From the IMG/VR virus record IMGVR_UViG_3300014158_000007, positions 1 to 27,330 of that record: a stretch of DNA of 27,330 nucleotides. One strand, written 5' to 3'. The stretch's first letter is position 1, and every line of letters starts with the position of its first letter. A program made the position numbers and the translations under genes. The DNA comes from a virus. Its lineage: Duplodnaviria; Caudoviricetes. The notes under the pieces are model-generated. The model was not told the DNA's origin. It made no database searches and saw only the letters and a list, made by a program, of their open reading frames with translations. Positions 1 through 8,161 of this stretch are shown here, in pieces.

Positions 1-273
1 AGGCAACATGAGCACGCCTATAGTGGCACGGGTTATATGCTTAAGATCAAATTCAAAAACATGTTTCGCATGCAGTCCACGAATTGCTTCGAGATACGTT
101 CTCCCACGCTGTTGTTCATACTCTTGCCATTCGGTATCGGCATTTGATCCCGCAGCGTGCCAGTCCTCCACAACATCAAATCCGCCAAGTGCTCGAATTT
201 TATTCCCTAAGGTCCGTATTTCAGGACTACGCAAGGAACCAATCAAGTAGAGGGTTTCAACAGCACTGGCCAT
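1..273 (-). CDS. Nucleoside 2-deoxyribosyltransferase-like protein (3' end runs out of window)
   Basis: Not in the ORF track. Hand translation from ATG 273 gives MASAVETLYLIGSLRSPEIRTLGNKIRALGGFDVVEDWHAAG...FEFDLKHITRATIGVLMLP, open to base 1. The YLxGS ... D-xxx-I-xxA-xxx-VL pattern resembles NDT-fold phage proteins. The start overlaps the polymerase 3' end. Confidence 0.65.
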   Translation of the reverse strand, partial: MASAVETLYLIGSLRSPEIRTLGNKIRALGGFDVVEDWHAAGSNADTEWQEYEQQRGRTYLEAIRGLHAKHVFEFDLKHITRATIGVLMLP

Positions 274-2138
274 AGCTGGGTCCTCCTTTGATATCGGCAT
301 TGAGTGGGATATCGGGTGCCCAAGAGGGAGGGCGACACAGTTCCTTATAGAGAAGTGTTTTCACTTTGTCAACTTCTATTTTCTTAACCACGTAGCCCAA
401 GCTGTCATGAACCTGAAGCGCCCAGTTGTAACCGTTCGCTGCCATCCGTAGAGATACGTTACCGATCACGAAAATGCGGTCAAGAAACTGAATGATGTTC
501 TCAAGCATCTTGCCGCCGTACATCTTATAGGTGCCATAGCCGTACGTGTAAACGTACTCACCGTTCGCAAGTTGTCGCGGATTATGGTACTTCATCTTCA
601 AACCGCCCGGCCCTTCGATCTCGCCGTACCGTATAGTGATAGGTCCAATCCGCATCTGACCACCAGCCCGCTTAGACCACACCGTTTCAATCGCTTGCTG
701 CAACAAGTACCACATAGCCTTGATCTGATGATAACGGCTGCGATAGTCTCCCACGATCTTACCAGCAAGCTGGGGCGTCCAAGGTTTGCCTAAGGATTTC
801 TCGATATCAATCCCCTGGAGCCGGACCTTAGTGGCAATCAAGTTGTAAAACTTGTCCACACCACACTGGAAACCTAGTCCAAGCACACTTTCTTTGCCTA
901 TGAACCGATGGTCAGGGTGCTCTTTCTTGTTCACCGGGAACCCGAACACAATCGATGCGAAGGCCGCGTACGGGTCTCCCCCTGGCTTCCTAAATTCGGT
1001 TAACAGTGGTATGCACTTACACAACCATGCATTCAATCGGGCCTCGATTTGGGCAGCGTCACCTTCCACTAGCTCTTCATCTTCCTCCACTTCCAGCGCA
1101 TCACGAATACGTGATCCACCGGGAAGGTTCTGCATATTCAATTTCCAATCACCTGAGAAGCGATGGGTGTGGGCCCCTGAGAAGCGTAGCGGGACCGGCA
1201 TGAGATGCCGGCCATCTGGATAGGTTAAATCAGCCAGCTTAATCAGCCGTTGCGTTCGGGTTTCCTCGATAGTGCTCTTGAGCCCTAGACGGGCGCACGC
1301 TAGCGCTTGCACACGTAGGTCTGGATCGTTCTGTAGATCATCCATGAACGTGTCAGTCTTGGCGAACGCAGGGATATTCCCATCCCCTGTAGGAGAGGGC
1401 TTGTATTCTATCTCCACCCCAAGGGCTTCCAATGCCTTTTGGAAGCCGTCTGTGGACATTAGCGTACTTTTATCGATATTAGCCGCCGCTAAAAGCTGCT
1501 GCTTCTTTGCACGTACATCTGTAAGATGGGCTTCCAACATGGGCTTGTTAATCTTGAGCCGCGGCTGCACGGTAGCACGGATGCACAGGTCCATCACGCG
1601 ACGTTCTGACGCAGGTAGCTCACCAATGAGAAGCTTGAAGATATCGCGCGAAGCTTCATTGTCGGTGTTAGCATAACGGCAAAAATCATTCCACATCCCT
1701 TTTTCCATGAGGGAAGTAGCATCCAGGCCAATCACTTTATGGATCATATCACCCTTCTGATGGGGTGTCTGTAGCACCTTACATACCGTTTCCAAGTTTA
1801 GCTTCGGAAGGATATGGCCACGGAGCGCACGGGCAAGGTTCATGCTATCCATCATGAGTGCCGGCACCCAACCATAGCGCCATGCCAGGATAGCGTTGTC
1901 AAAAAGAGAATTGAATGTAACCGTCATAGTAGTAGCAGGATCGACTGTCTTGATCCAGTCGGCAAACGCTGGCCCATCTATAATGTGGCTCGGCTCATTG
2001 TCAAAAGCGACTGCACAAAGGATAACAGCAAACCGCTCATTATCAAGAATGTACTCCGCAGGTGTCATACTGCGAAGTGTATAACCCTTAGCGTAGAATC
2101 GTTTCGAAGTCTAAAAACAAAATACGTTCTATGCTCAT
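257..2138 (-). CDS. polA: DNA polymerase family A (3'-5' exonuclease + polymerase), with a 1-bp frameshift near 2099
   Basis: ORF 257..2068 has ExoII FNSLFD, motif A DAAQIEAR, motif B RFIGKESVLGLGF and motif C VHDS. ATG 2138 (ATGA overlap with the HNH stop, SD GGAGAG) encodes MSIERILFLDFET (ExoI DxE), one base out of frame with FYAKGYTLRS-MTPAEY. Confidence 0.92.
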
Positions 2139-2632
2139 GACTTCTCTCCACTCTCCGCGCGCCACCCTTCTCCTCGCACAATAAGTGAGATAGTGCGCTG
2201 ACAGACCCCATATTGTTTTGCCAAATCTACTTGGCGCACAATGCCGGATTTATAAGCTGCTCGTATCTCATTTGCCTTATCAAGCGTAAGCTTCACGTAT
2301 GCTCGGTTACGTGCTTGGGTCTGTCTTGTTGCCCAAATGCAATTATCCTTACAGTAAGACTTATCCCCATCCTTTCGTTCAAGTGTATGTTTTGGAGAAG
2401 GGCGTTTACCCATGTCTTCTAGGAAGTTTTCAAATACATACCATCGCAAGCAAATAGTAATTCCCCGCCCGCCATAATACACCCAATCATCAGCTTTAGG
2501 ATTACGGCAGCGATTTGTCATCATAGACCATGAACGATATTCTGGAATATCTCGCAGTCTGTGGCCTAGTCCTCCTACCCACCTAGGATGGGAAGCGCCA
2601 CGCGAATGATTGGTGTGCACACCCTTAGGCAT
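2135..2632 (-). CDS. HNH homing endonuclease-like protein with C-terminal HTH
   Basis: YRSW..M..RC.NP....YGGRGITIC.RW..FENFLEDMG.RP....TLER.D....Y..DNC.WAT...Q..NR signature, followed by an HTH (RQVDLAKQYGVCQRTISLIVRG). Confidence 0.85.
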   Translation of the reverse strand: MPKGVHTNHSRGASHPRWVGGLGHRLRDIPEYRSWSMMTNRCRNPKADDWVYYGGRGITICLRWYVFENFLEDMGKRPSPKHTLERKDGDKSYCKDNCIWATRQTQARNRAYVKLTLDKANEIRAAYKSGIVRQVDLAKQYGVCQRTISLIVRGEGWRAESGEKS

Positions 2633-2817
2633 TACTTCTTCCTTTGGCCCTTTCGGGCCTCCATCATCAGGCGACGCTCGCGCATGAATTGTTCTCGACG
2701 CGAAGCCGTCTCTTTGGTTCGCACCTTATAGTGCGGTCGGCGCATCGGTGCCATATGCTTATAGCCATTTACGGATTGCTTTCGGCGTCTTCGTGCGGTA
2801 GCTGCTGCGCAACCCAT
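2632..2817 (-). CDS. Small basic hypothetical protein (61 aa)
   Basis: AGGAG SD upstream; stop overlaps the HNH start (TAATG); Arg/Lys rich. Confidence 0.6.
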   Translation of the reverse strand: MGCAAATARRRRKQSVNGYKHMAPMRRPHYKVRTKETASRREQFMRERRLMMEARKGQRKK

Positions 2818-2840
2818 CTTATTCTCCTGTTAAAGGGAAA

Positions 2841-2878
2841 TGGGTGCAACCGGAGAGGGTGGAGAGCGGTTGCACCCA
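2841..2878 (-). terminator. 12-bp hairpin with C/U-rich loop (terminator-like or sRNA 3' end)
   Basis: TGGGTGCAACCG (2841-2852) pairs with CGGTTGCACCCA (2867-2878); followed on the minus strand by TTTCCCTTT. Confidence 0.5.
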
Positions 2879-2982
2879 GAGCCAGCCTAAGTACCGTATG
2901 TGAACCCCAGCCAGTTATGCGTTGTCGGCGCTGTCTGGGCACACTTCCTCAAGCTGTCTCACCCGCTGCGGCGACAGCGGGG

Positions 2983-3444
2983 TTAAAACTCAATATCACA
3001 GGCATCGGCTGCTTTACTGATATCAGCCATTGCCTTAGCTTCTACTTCTTTAGGGTCTACTTTGTCAATCAACTCCGAAGGGGAAACCGCCTGCGAAGAC
3101 GCCGGCGACGCACCATATTCCGGGTCTTTCCGTGTCTGTTTTTTCTTCGCAGGCGGAGCAGGTTCACTCGCCTGCACCAAGCCTCCACGGGAAGGGTGCA
3201 CTACAGTCCCGCTTCTACGACTAGGTGCAGGCGACTGAACCTCTTTCTTTTTAGGTCCTTTTGGTGCGTTCTTGATTGCCTCTAAGGCGGCTTCTACCGG
3301 GTCCGCATGGTGCGCATGCCCTGAGCCCCATATTGCAGCCGGACAGAAGGTCGCATGAAAACCACCACCGCTAGACATGATTGATAGATGCGAGAAGTTG
3401 CCGGCATCAACGAGCCCACGAATTGCGATATCAAGGACGCTCAT
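2983..3444 (-). CDS. Hypothetical protein (153 aa)
   Basis: Start moved to ATG 3444 (MSVLDIAIRG), behind a GAGGAG SD. Confidence 0.7.
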   Translation of the reverse strand: MSVLDIAIRGLVDAGNFSHLSIMSSGGGFHATFCPAAIWGSGHAHHADPVEAALEAIKNAPKGPKKKEVQSPAPSRRSGTVVHPSRGGLVQASEPAPPAKKKQTRKDPEYGASPASSQAVSPSELIDKVDPKEVEAKAMADISKAADACDIEF

Positions 3445-3454
3445 GTTTCTCTCC

Positions 3455-3541
3455 TCAGAAGTGAAACACCGTGCACATGGTAAGGACAAATAGGGCGCAC
3501 AGAACAAACGCCAGCGAATGCCAAACCAAAGTGGGGTTCAT
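3455..3541 (-). CDS. 28-aa hydrophobic membrane peptide
   Basis: Hand translation MNPTLVWHSLAFVLCALFVLTMCTVFHF; fills the gap between two co-oriented genes, with TAAGGTG upstream. Confidence 0.45.
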   Translation of the reverse strand: MNPTLVWHSLAFVLCALFVLTMCTVFHF

Positions 3542-3553
3542 CCATGCACCTTA

Positions 3554-3769
3554 CTAGCGCTTTTTGGGATTGTCAATCGCTATTTGATCTAGTGTTTTAC
3601 CGTCCGTGAGGTATCCGACTACATCTGTCACACCACCTAAAAACTGTTCGGAGGTGATATGGGCGCCAGCCATATACTGGCACAACGTCGCCAGATACAT
3701 AATAGCGTGAAAGAGTGACGGCTTGTCACGGTAGCGGGTATAGGCGACGTCTAGCGTTAATGCACTCAT
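3554..3769 (-). CDS. Hypothetical protein (71 aa)
   Basis: AGGAG SD; co-oriented in the operon. Confidence 0.65.
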   Translation of the reverse strand: MSALTLDVAYTRYRDKPSLFHAIMYLATLCQYMAGAHITSEQFLGGVTDVVGYLTDGKTLDQIAIDNPKKR

Positions 3770-3803
3770 GATTTTCTCCTGTTAAGTGCGTTTTGTTGCG
3801 GCG

Positions 3804-3998
3804 TTACCCAACGGACGCTGTTAATAATCCACGCCAGTAGCTAGGCGAATGACCGAATGTCTCTACAAGATATAGAATTATTTCTTCTATATCCAGTTCA
3901 GGATCAAAGTCAGCATCGACTTGTTCCGTGAAGCCCCCATAACGCGGCTCATGTCGAAGTGTTCGCTTATCAACCTGTCCATCTTTTCGTAGTTTCAT
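3804..3998 (-). CDS. Hypothetical protein (64 aa, MKLRKDGQVDKR...)
   Basis: ATG 3998 overlaps the TGA of the upstream gene (ATGA coupling). Confidence 0.55.
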   Translation of the reverse strand: MKLRKDGQVDKRTLRHEPRYGGFTEQVDADFDPELDIEEIILYLVETFGHSPSYWRGLLTASVG

Positions 3999-4297
3999 GG
4001 CCGAACGCGCGAGGTATAGACGGTTGCCGGATACTCGGTGCTGTCTGCCAGCTTGCGATACTCGGTGCCGGGCACGGCATCGTAGAGCGCTTCCATGATA
4101 TCCTTGCCACGCTCCACATATCCCACGATCCCCGTACGGATATGGCACATAGCTCGTGCGAGCGCGAAGGGGTCGGATGGATCCGCAGCGGCATATCGCT
4201 GTGCAGCGGCTGTAAGGCGTGCCATTCGAACGGGCTCATTGTTCGGGTTCACCCGTGTAGGCTCACCCTTGTGATTGATGTACTCTTTCATACTCAT
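3995..4297 (-). CDS. Hypothetical protein (100 aa)
   Basis: AGGAGG SD; coupled to the downstream gene. Confidence 0.65.
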   Translation of the reverse strand: MSMKEYINHKGEPTRVNPNNEPVRMARLTAAAQRYAAADPSDPFALARAMCHIRTGIVGYVERGKDIMEALYDAVPGTEYRKLADSTEYPATVYTSRVRP

Positions 4298-4429
4298 TCC
4301 TCCTGTGAATTAGTGCACGGGTTGCTATCCTTGAACGGCATGTATAACCACCACTGGCGGACGCCACCACAGGATAACTTTCTGGGAGCAACCGTCGCCC
4401 GCGCTCCACGGCTGGGAGGTTAGGCGTCC

Positions 4430-4564
4430 TTAGCTCCTATACAGGTCCGACCGTGCCACCGTAATAGCCGCGACAAATTGCCGCAACCACCAACGCCACC
4501 ACGGGATGGTAGTTAGTTCAATCGTTTGCGGGAGGTGACTAGAGCGTAGCGTGATCGTTGTCAT
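4430..4564 (-). CDS. Small Trp-rich hypothetical protein (44 aa)
   Basis: Hand translation MTTITLRSSHLPQTIELTTIPWWRWWLRQFVAAITVARSDLYRS; starts 4 nt after the upstream stop, with AGGAGG in the upstream gene end. Confidence 0.45.
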   Translation of the reverse strand: MTTITLRSSHLPQTIELTTIPWWRWWLRQFVAAITVARSDLYRS

Positions 4565-4568
4565 TGCC

Positions 4569-5051
4569 TTATTCCTCCTTGTTTCCACCCGTTGCACCTT
4601 CCCACGGTTTCAACGCTGTGTCAAGCTCTTTGTCGCTCATTACAGGCGCGGTCACCGTGAAACCATGTTGCTCTAGCTGTTGCTTCATGACGTGCAACGC
4701 TTTAGTTAGAACCGGGAACCGCAATGCGACGGGCAACGGCTCTTGTCGCACGATACGGAATGTGCTTGTTATGATTGAGAGCGACGATACAAGCGAACGC
4801 TCTTCCAGCTTGAATGCATTAACATGTTCAGCAAGCGCAACCAGATATTGAAAATGGTAAGGCCCAAGGTAAGGCCCAAGGGGAGGCCCACCTTTCGCGC
4901 TGATGTAATAATCGCTCGCGCGTGCGTTCCATTCAAGTTCGCGGTAAGGAACAAGGTTCGCTAGGCGGCGGCGAATGCGGCCCACAATCGCAGTCACTGT
5001 GACCACATTTTGGCCCTCATGATTATGAATGAACGCTGTTGCTGTTTTCAT
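4569..5051 (-). CDS. Hypothetical protein (160 aa)
   Basis: ATGA overlap with the upstream gene; co-oriented. Confidence 0.65.
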   Translation of the reverse strand: MKTATAFIHNHEGQNVVTVTAIVGRIRRRLANLVPYRELEWNARASDYYISAKGGPPLGPYLGPYHFQYLVALAEHVNAFKLEERSLVSSLSIITSTFRIVRQEPLPVALRFPVLTKALHVMKQQLEQHGFTVTAPVMSDKELDTALKPWEGATGGNKEE

Positions 5052-5230
5052 AGTTCTAACCTTTCTTTAGCTTTAGCGGCAGCTTTCTGAGCACGGAACA
5101 GCTTGCGCTTGAACTTCGCCTCAGGACTATCCGGTGCGTTTCGTTTTATATTTGCGGCGCGCGTTATGGTACCTCTTAAATAGGCCCTACGCTTTAACGC
5201 GCGCCGCTCGGCTGCTAGCCGTGCTTTCAT
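5048..5230 (-). CDS. Small basic hypothetical protein (60 aa)
   Basis: ATG 5230 overlaps the TGA at 5227-5229; MKARLAAERR... Confidence 0.55.
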   Translation of the reverse strand: MKARLAAERRALKRRAYLRGTITRAANIKRNAPDSPEAKFKRKLFRAQKAAAKAKERLEL

Positions 5231-5979
5231 GCAGCTAACCCACACTTGCGCAAGAGGTAGCGGCGCAACGCGCGCTTGATTATGTCGGGCTTCTCGCCAC
5301 GGTCAAGCTTCGTGTTGCCCAGTTGCCAGATAAAGCTAAGGTTAGTGTAACCCGCCCACACAAGCGCGTTATATATTAGGCTACCGTGCAAGTAGCCCTC
5401 CTTGATGTGTTTAAGGATATGGTCATTGCCCGCCGAATGGTCACCCCATGTCTTGCCGTTTTGATCCCGCATGCAACACAGCCAACAATTACCCCCGTTT
5501 GGCTCGGGTAGCTTACGCAGTTTGTCAAGCTTGTTTACAAACTTTGTGATTTGCTTGCGCAGCTTCGTTTCCTTATCGGCCAACATAACGCCTTCCATAT
5601 GTTTGCCGAGTGTTGGATTGAAGCAATCGGGCACCACGATCCCGTCGTAATATGGCACCTCAATTCGGTCCTCATTGTGAGCTTTCCATACATACCACAA
5701 ACCTTTTGTTTGTGATATTCCATAACCGGCCGGCAAGCATTGGTTCATGCGGTCTTTAGTTGTGACGGTTTTCCAGCCGCCGCTATGCAGTACGATTGAC
5801 CCATTGGATAGGCGCCGTACAATATCTGTATGGTGCAGCCGTGTCACCGTTTCACCGTTCACGCTATCATCCGGCCCATCTGGGACGAAATAACGGAACG
5901 TGTTGCGTGCGATGATTTTAGGTTTCCAAGTCGCGCGTTGCTCGGGAGTAAATTCGTCGCGCAGATTTGTCCGTGGCAT
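5227..5979 (-). CDS. Phage hypothetical protein (250 aa)
   Basis: Start moved to ATG 5979 (MPRTNLRD), behind GGAGG. The RLHHTDIV...SGGWKTVTTKDRMN motif recalls a recurrent phage early-protein family; also CWLCC. Confidence 0.75.
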   Translation of the reverse strand: MPRTNLRDEFTPEQRATWKPKIIARNTFRYFVPDGPDDSVNGETVTRLHHTDIVRRLSNGSIVLHSGGWKTVTTKDRMNQCLPAGYGISQTKGLWYVWKAHNEDRIEVPYYDGIVVPDCFNPTLGKHMEGVMLADKETKLRKQITKFVNKLDKLRKLPEPNGGNCWLCCMRDQNGKTWGDHSAGNDHILKHIKEGYLHGSLIYNALVWAGYTNLSFIWQLGNTKLDRGEKPDIIKRALRRYLLRKCGLAA

Positions 5980-5990
5980 GGTTAGTCCTC

Positions 5991-6194
5991 CTATGCTGGT
6001 AGTTCGACGGGCGCAAACATGGTGCACCAATGCCGGCCTACAACGTAGCCTATATGTACCGCACTCCCATCCTTTTTGTCAATATACATTTTGGTAGGTC
6101 GACGGCCGCCAAGCTTGCGATATAATTCACGAACGCTGCGGGCGTACCAGTGTTCCCCGTACTGGTCCATATAAAGCATTAGTTTCCCGTTCAT
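5991..6194 (-). CDS. Hypothetical protein (67 aa)
   Basis: ATGA overlap and GAGGTG SD. Confidence 0.65.
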   Translation of the reverse strand: MNGKLMLYMDQYGEHWYARSVRELYRKLGGRRPTKMYIDKKDGSAVHIGYVVGRHWCTMFAPVELPA

Positions 6195-6724
6195 GATTGC
6201 ACCTCTTGATTATTGTCCACGCGGTATACGGGATATGGCACTTTCCCACCGTCAAACCAATCATGGCCAAGGCAGTAGGTTCTCGCGCCCTCAGGCATGG
6301 GATAGTCGAGATTGCCCGCACCTGGAACACAAGGCGAGCAAAATTGCGCGTGCGTGTAGTATGGGCTTTTCAGCACCATGATATCAATGTCTAGACAATC
6401 GACAAGGTGATAGCCTTCCGCATCGTAAGAATAGCCTAGAGGCTCTTCCGGGAAACAATCGCAACTATCCCAAACGAGTTCACAATCGGTGCAAGCATAG
6501 TCTGCGCAGCCGCAACTGCAATGGTAGTCGCCGTGCTCATCGCTATCGTATTCTACAACGGCATTGCCGCATTTCGGGCATGTCTGCTCACCATACTCAG
6601 GCTCAGAGCTATCAGCCCATGCCTGCAAAACACTATGCTGCGATATGCAGCCATAGTGAATACCTGTGGCAGGGTCGCGATTAGTGCTGCCGATGCGGCC
6701 GTAGTCAATTCCAGCGTATGACAT
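6191..6724 (-). CDS. Acidic Cys-rich (putative Zn-binding) hypothetical protein
   Basis: AGGAGG SD; CPKC, CSCGC, CTDC and CSPC motifs. Confidence 0.75.
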   Translation of the reverse strand: MSYAGIDYGRIGSTNRDPATGIHYGCISQHSVLQAWADSSEPEYGEQTCPKCGNAVVEYDSDEHGDYHCSCGCADYACTDCELVWDSCDCFPEEPLGYSYDAEGYHLVDCLDIDIMVLKSPYYTHAQFCSPCVPGAGNLDYPMPEGARTYCLGHDWFDGGKVPYPVYRVDNNQEVQS

Positions 6725-6809
6725 ATTAGTTTCCTCCTGCTAGGCATGATTGCCGAATAGTGCGCGCTAGTGATCGGGTGATAACTCTCTAGTGCGCACT
6801 ACGCTGCAA

Positions 6810-6974
6810 TCACCCGACTGCGAGCCTCTTTGCGCCGCTCTTGGTGCGGCAGTCATTCGCATGTTTCCAACTCTGATAGGCACCACTGTACTGATATGGC
6901 GCTTTGTTGTGTCGAGCGTAAGGCGACATACCGCCACGCCGATCACGCCGCTTAGGTAACGTTGCACGTTTCAT
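6810..6974 (-). CDS. Small basic hypothetical protein (54 aa)
   Basis: ATG 6974 overlaps the upstream TGA; GGAGG SD. Confidence 0.5.
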   Translation of the reverse strand: MKRATLPKRRDRRGGMSPYARHNKAPYQYSGAYQSWKHANDCRTKSGAKRLAVG

Positions 6975-7126
6975 TGTACCGCCTCCAAGCACGCGCGCCA
7001 AAAATCTACCTCTTTCGAGCTAGAATTGCCGGCATAGGCGCGTGCCAGTTGATATTGATAGTGTGCGACGCGATCAACGCGACGCCATTGACGATCTGAC
7101 TTGAGAAATTCTAGTACCAGTTTCAC
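6971..7126 (-). CDS. Hypothetical protein (51 aa)
   Basis: GTG 7126 overlaps the stop of the pentapeptide gene (GTGA); GAGGTG SD. Confidence 0.5.
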   Translation of the reverse strand: MKLVLEFLKSDRQWRRVDRVAHYQYQLARAYAGNSSSKEVDFWRACLEAVQ

Positions 7127-7878
7127 CGTTGCACCTCTTTCCATGATAAGCCGCGAATTGCGGCAATATCCCACAGGTTTTGGAGAATTGCAAAAGTTTC
7201 ATCCCCTAATGGGGTTCCTTTGCGCGTTGCTTCCCAATGGGATATCGCTTCATCCCAAGGGAAATTCCGGCAACCAGCTTTTACCCTTACACCTTCACCG
7301 AACAAATTGGAAAGAATGAATTGGTATCCGTCTGAACGTGCTGCCCCTTGTATAATCCATTGATTGCCAAGTTTCGCACCGGATAGGTGCGCACCGGATA
7401 GGTCCGCACCGGATAGGTTCGCACCGAATAGGTTCGCATGGGATAGGTACGTACCGGATAGGTGCGCATGGGATAGGTCCGCACCGGATAGGTGCGCATG
7501 GGATAGGTCCGCACCGGATAGGTTCGCACCGGATAGGTCCGCACCGGATAGGTCCGCACCGGATAGGTTCACACCGAATAGGTTCGCACCGAATAGGTAC
7601 GCACCGGATAGGTCCGCACCGGATAGGCACGCACCGAATAGGTGCACACCGAATAGGTGCGCACCGAATAGGTTCGCATGGGATATGTTCGCACCGGATA
7701 GGTTCGCATGGGATAGGTCCGCATGGGATAGGTCCGCACCGGATAGGTTCGCATGGGATAGGTTCGCATGGGATAGGTTCGCACCTAATAGGTCCGCACC
7801 GGATAGGTTCGCACCGAATAGGTACGCACCGCTAAAATCGCGAGTACCTGATTTGTATTCTGCTACTATATCTCTCAT
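7123..7878 (-). CDS. Pentapeptide-repeat protein with C-terminal globular domain
   Basis: About 30 tandem A(N/D/H/Y)L(S/F)(G/H) units, then RSDGYQF...AGCRNF...EAISHW; AAGGAGG SD. Confidence 0.92.
   Translation of the reverse strand: MRDIVAEYKSGTRDFSGAYLFGANLSGADLLGANLSHANLSHANLSGADLSHADLSHANLSGANISHANLFGAHLFGVHLFGACLSGADLSGAYLFGANLFGVNLSGADLSGADLSGANLSGADLSHAHLSGADLSHAHLSGTYLSHANLFGANLSGADLSGAHLSGAKLGNQWIIQGAARSDGYQFILSNLFGEGVRVKAGCRNFPWDEAISHWEATRKGTPLGDETFAILQNLWDIAAIRGLSWKEVQR
7373..7830. repeat. 15-bp coding tandem repeat (about 30 units)
   Basis: Variants of GCACCGGATAGGTCC; encodes the pentapeptide array. Confidence 0.95.
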
Positions 7879-8119
7879 GACTGTACCTCCTTATCGCGTA
7901 GTGTGTGCAACACTATCACATTATCGGGTGATAGTTCGATGCGGCGTAGTGTCGCACGAGAGAGCAACGCGCGTCGCACGTTGGTCTAGCTCAACAGCGC
8001 GTTGCGCGATTTCCCGGTAAGCCGCTTCGCGTGCGGCATCTAGTCGCGATCGTTCCATGTTTCATTCCTCCTTGCATTTCATGTGAGCGTAGTTCGCCTG
8101 CGGGTCGGCGCGCGCCGCT

Positions 8120-8150
8120 TAAGCCCTCAGTATCGCACACTGAGGGCTTA
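8120..8150 (-). terminator. Perfect 12-bp hairpin just after the DUF932 stop (processing/stability hairpin or terminator)
   Basis: TAAGCCCTCAGT / ACTGAGGGCTTA with a 7-nt loop; no U-tract. Confidence 0.5.
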
Positions 8151-8161
8151 GACTGCAAGCC

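Noticed and set aside
2088-2102. Variant tRNA-Pro suppressing the polymerase frameshift
   Set aside because: The shift window (GAA ACG ATT CTA CGC) contains no proline codon.
2069-2640. HNH gene as part of a self-splicing intron in polA
   Set aside because: The HNH stop overlaps the polymerase start directly, and there is no flanking noncoding sequence for an intron core.
2644-3285. 213-aa plus-strand ORF (and similar antisense ORFs across the window)
   Set aside because: Antisense to SD-bearing, coupled minus-strand genes; no recognisable motifs.
7373-7830. CRISPR-like repeat array
   Set aside because: Contiguous 15-bp units with no unique spacers; fully explained by pentapeptide coding. 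The overlapping repeat ORFs in other frames are shadows.
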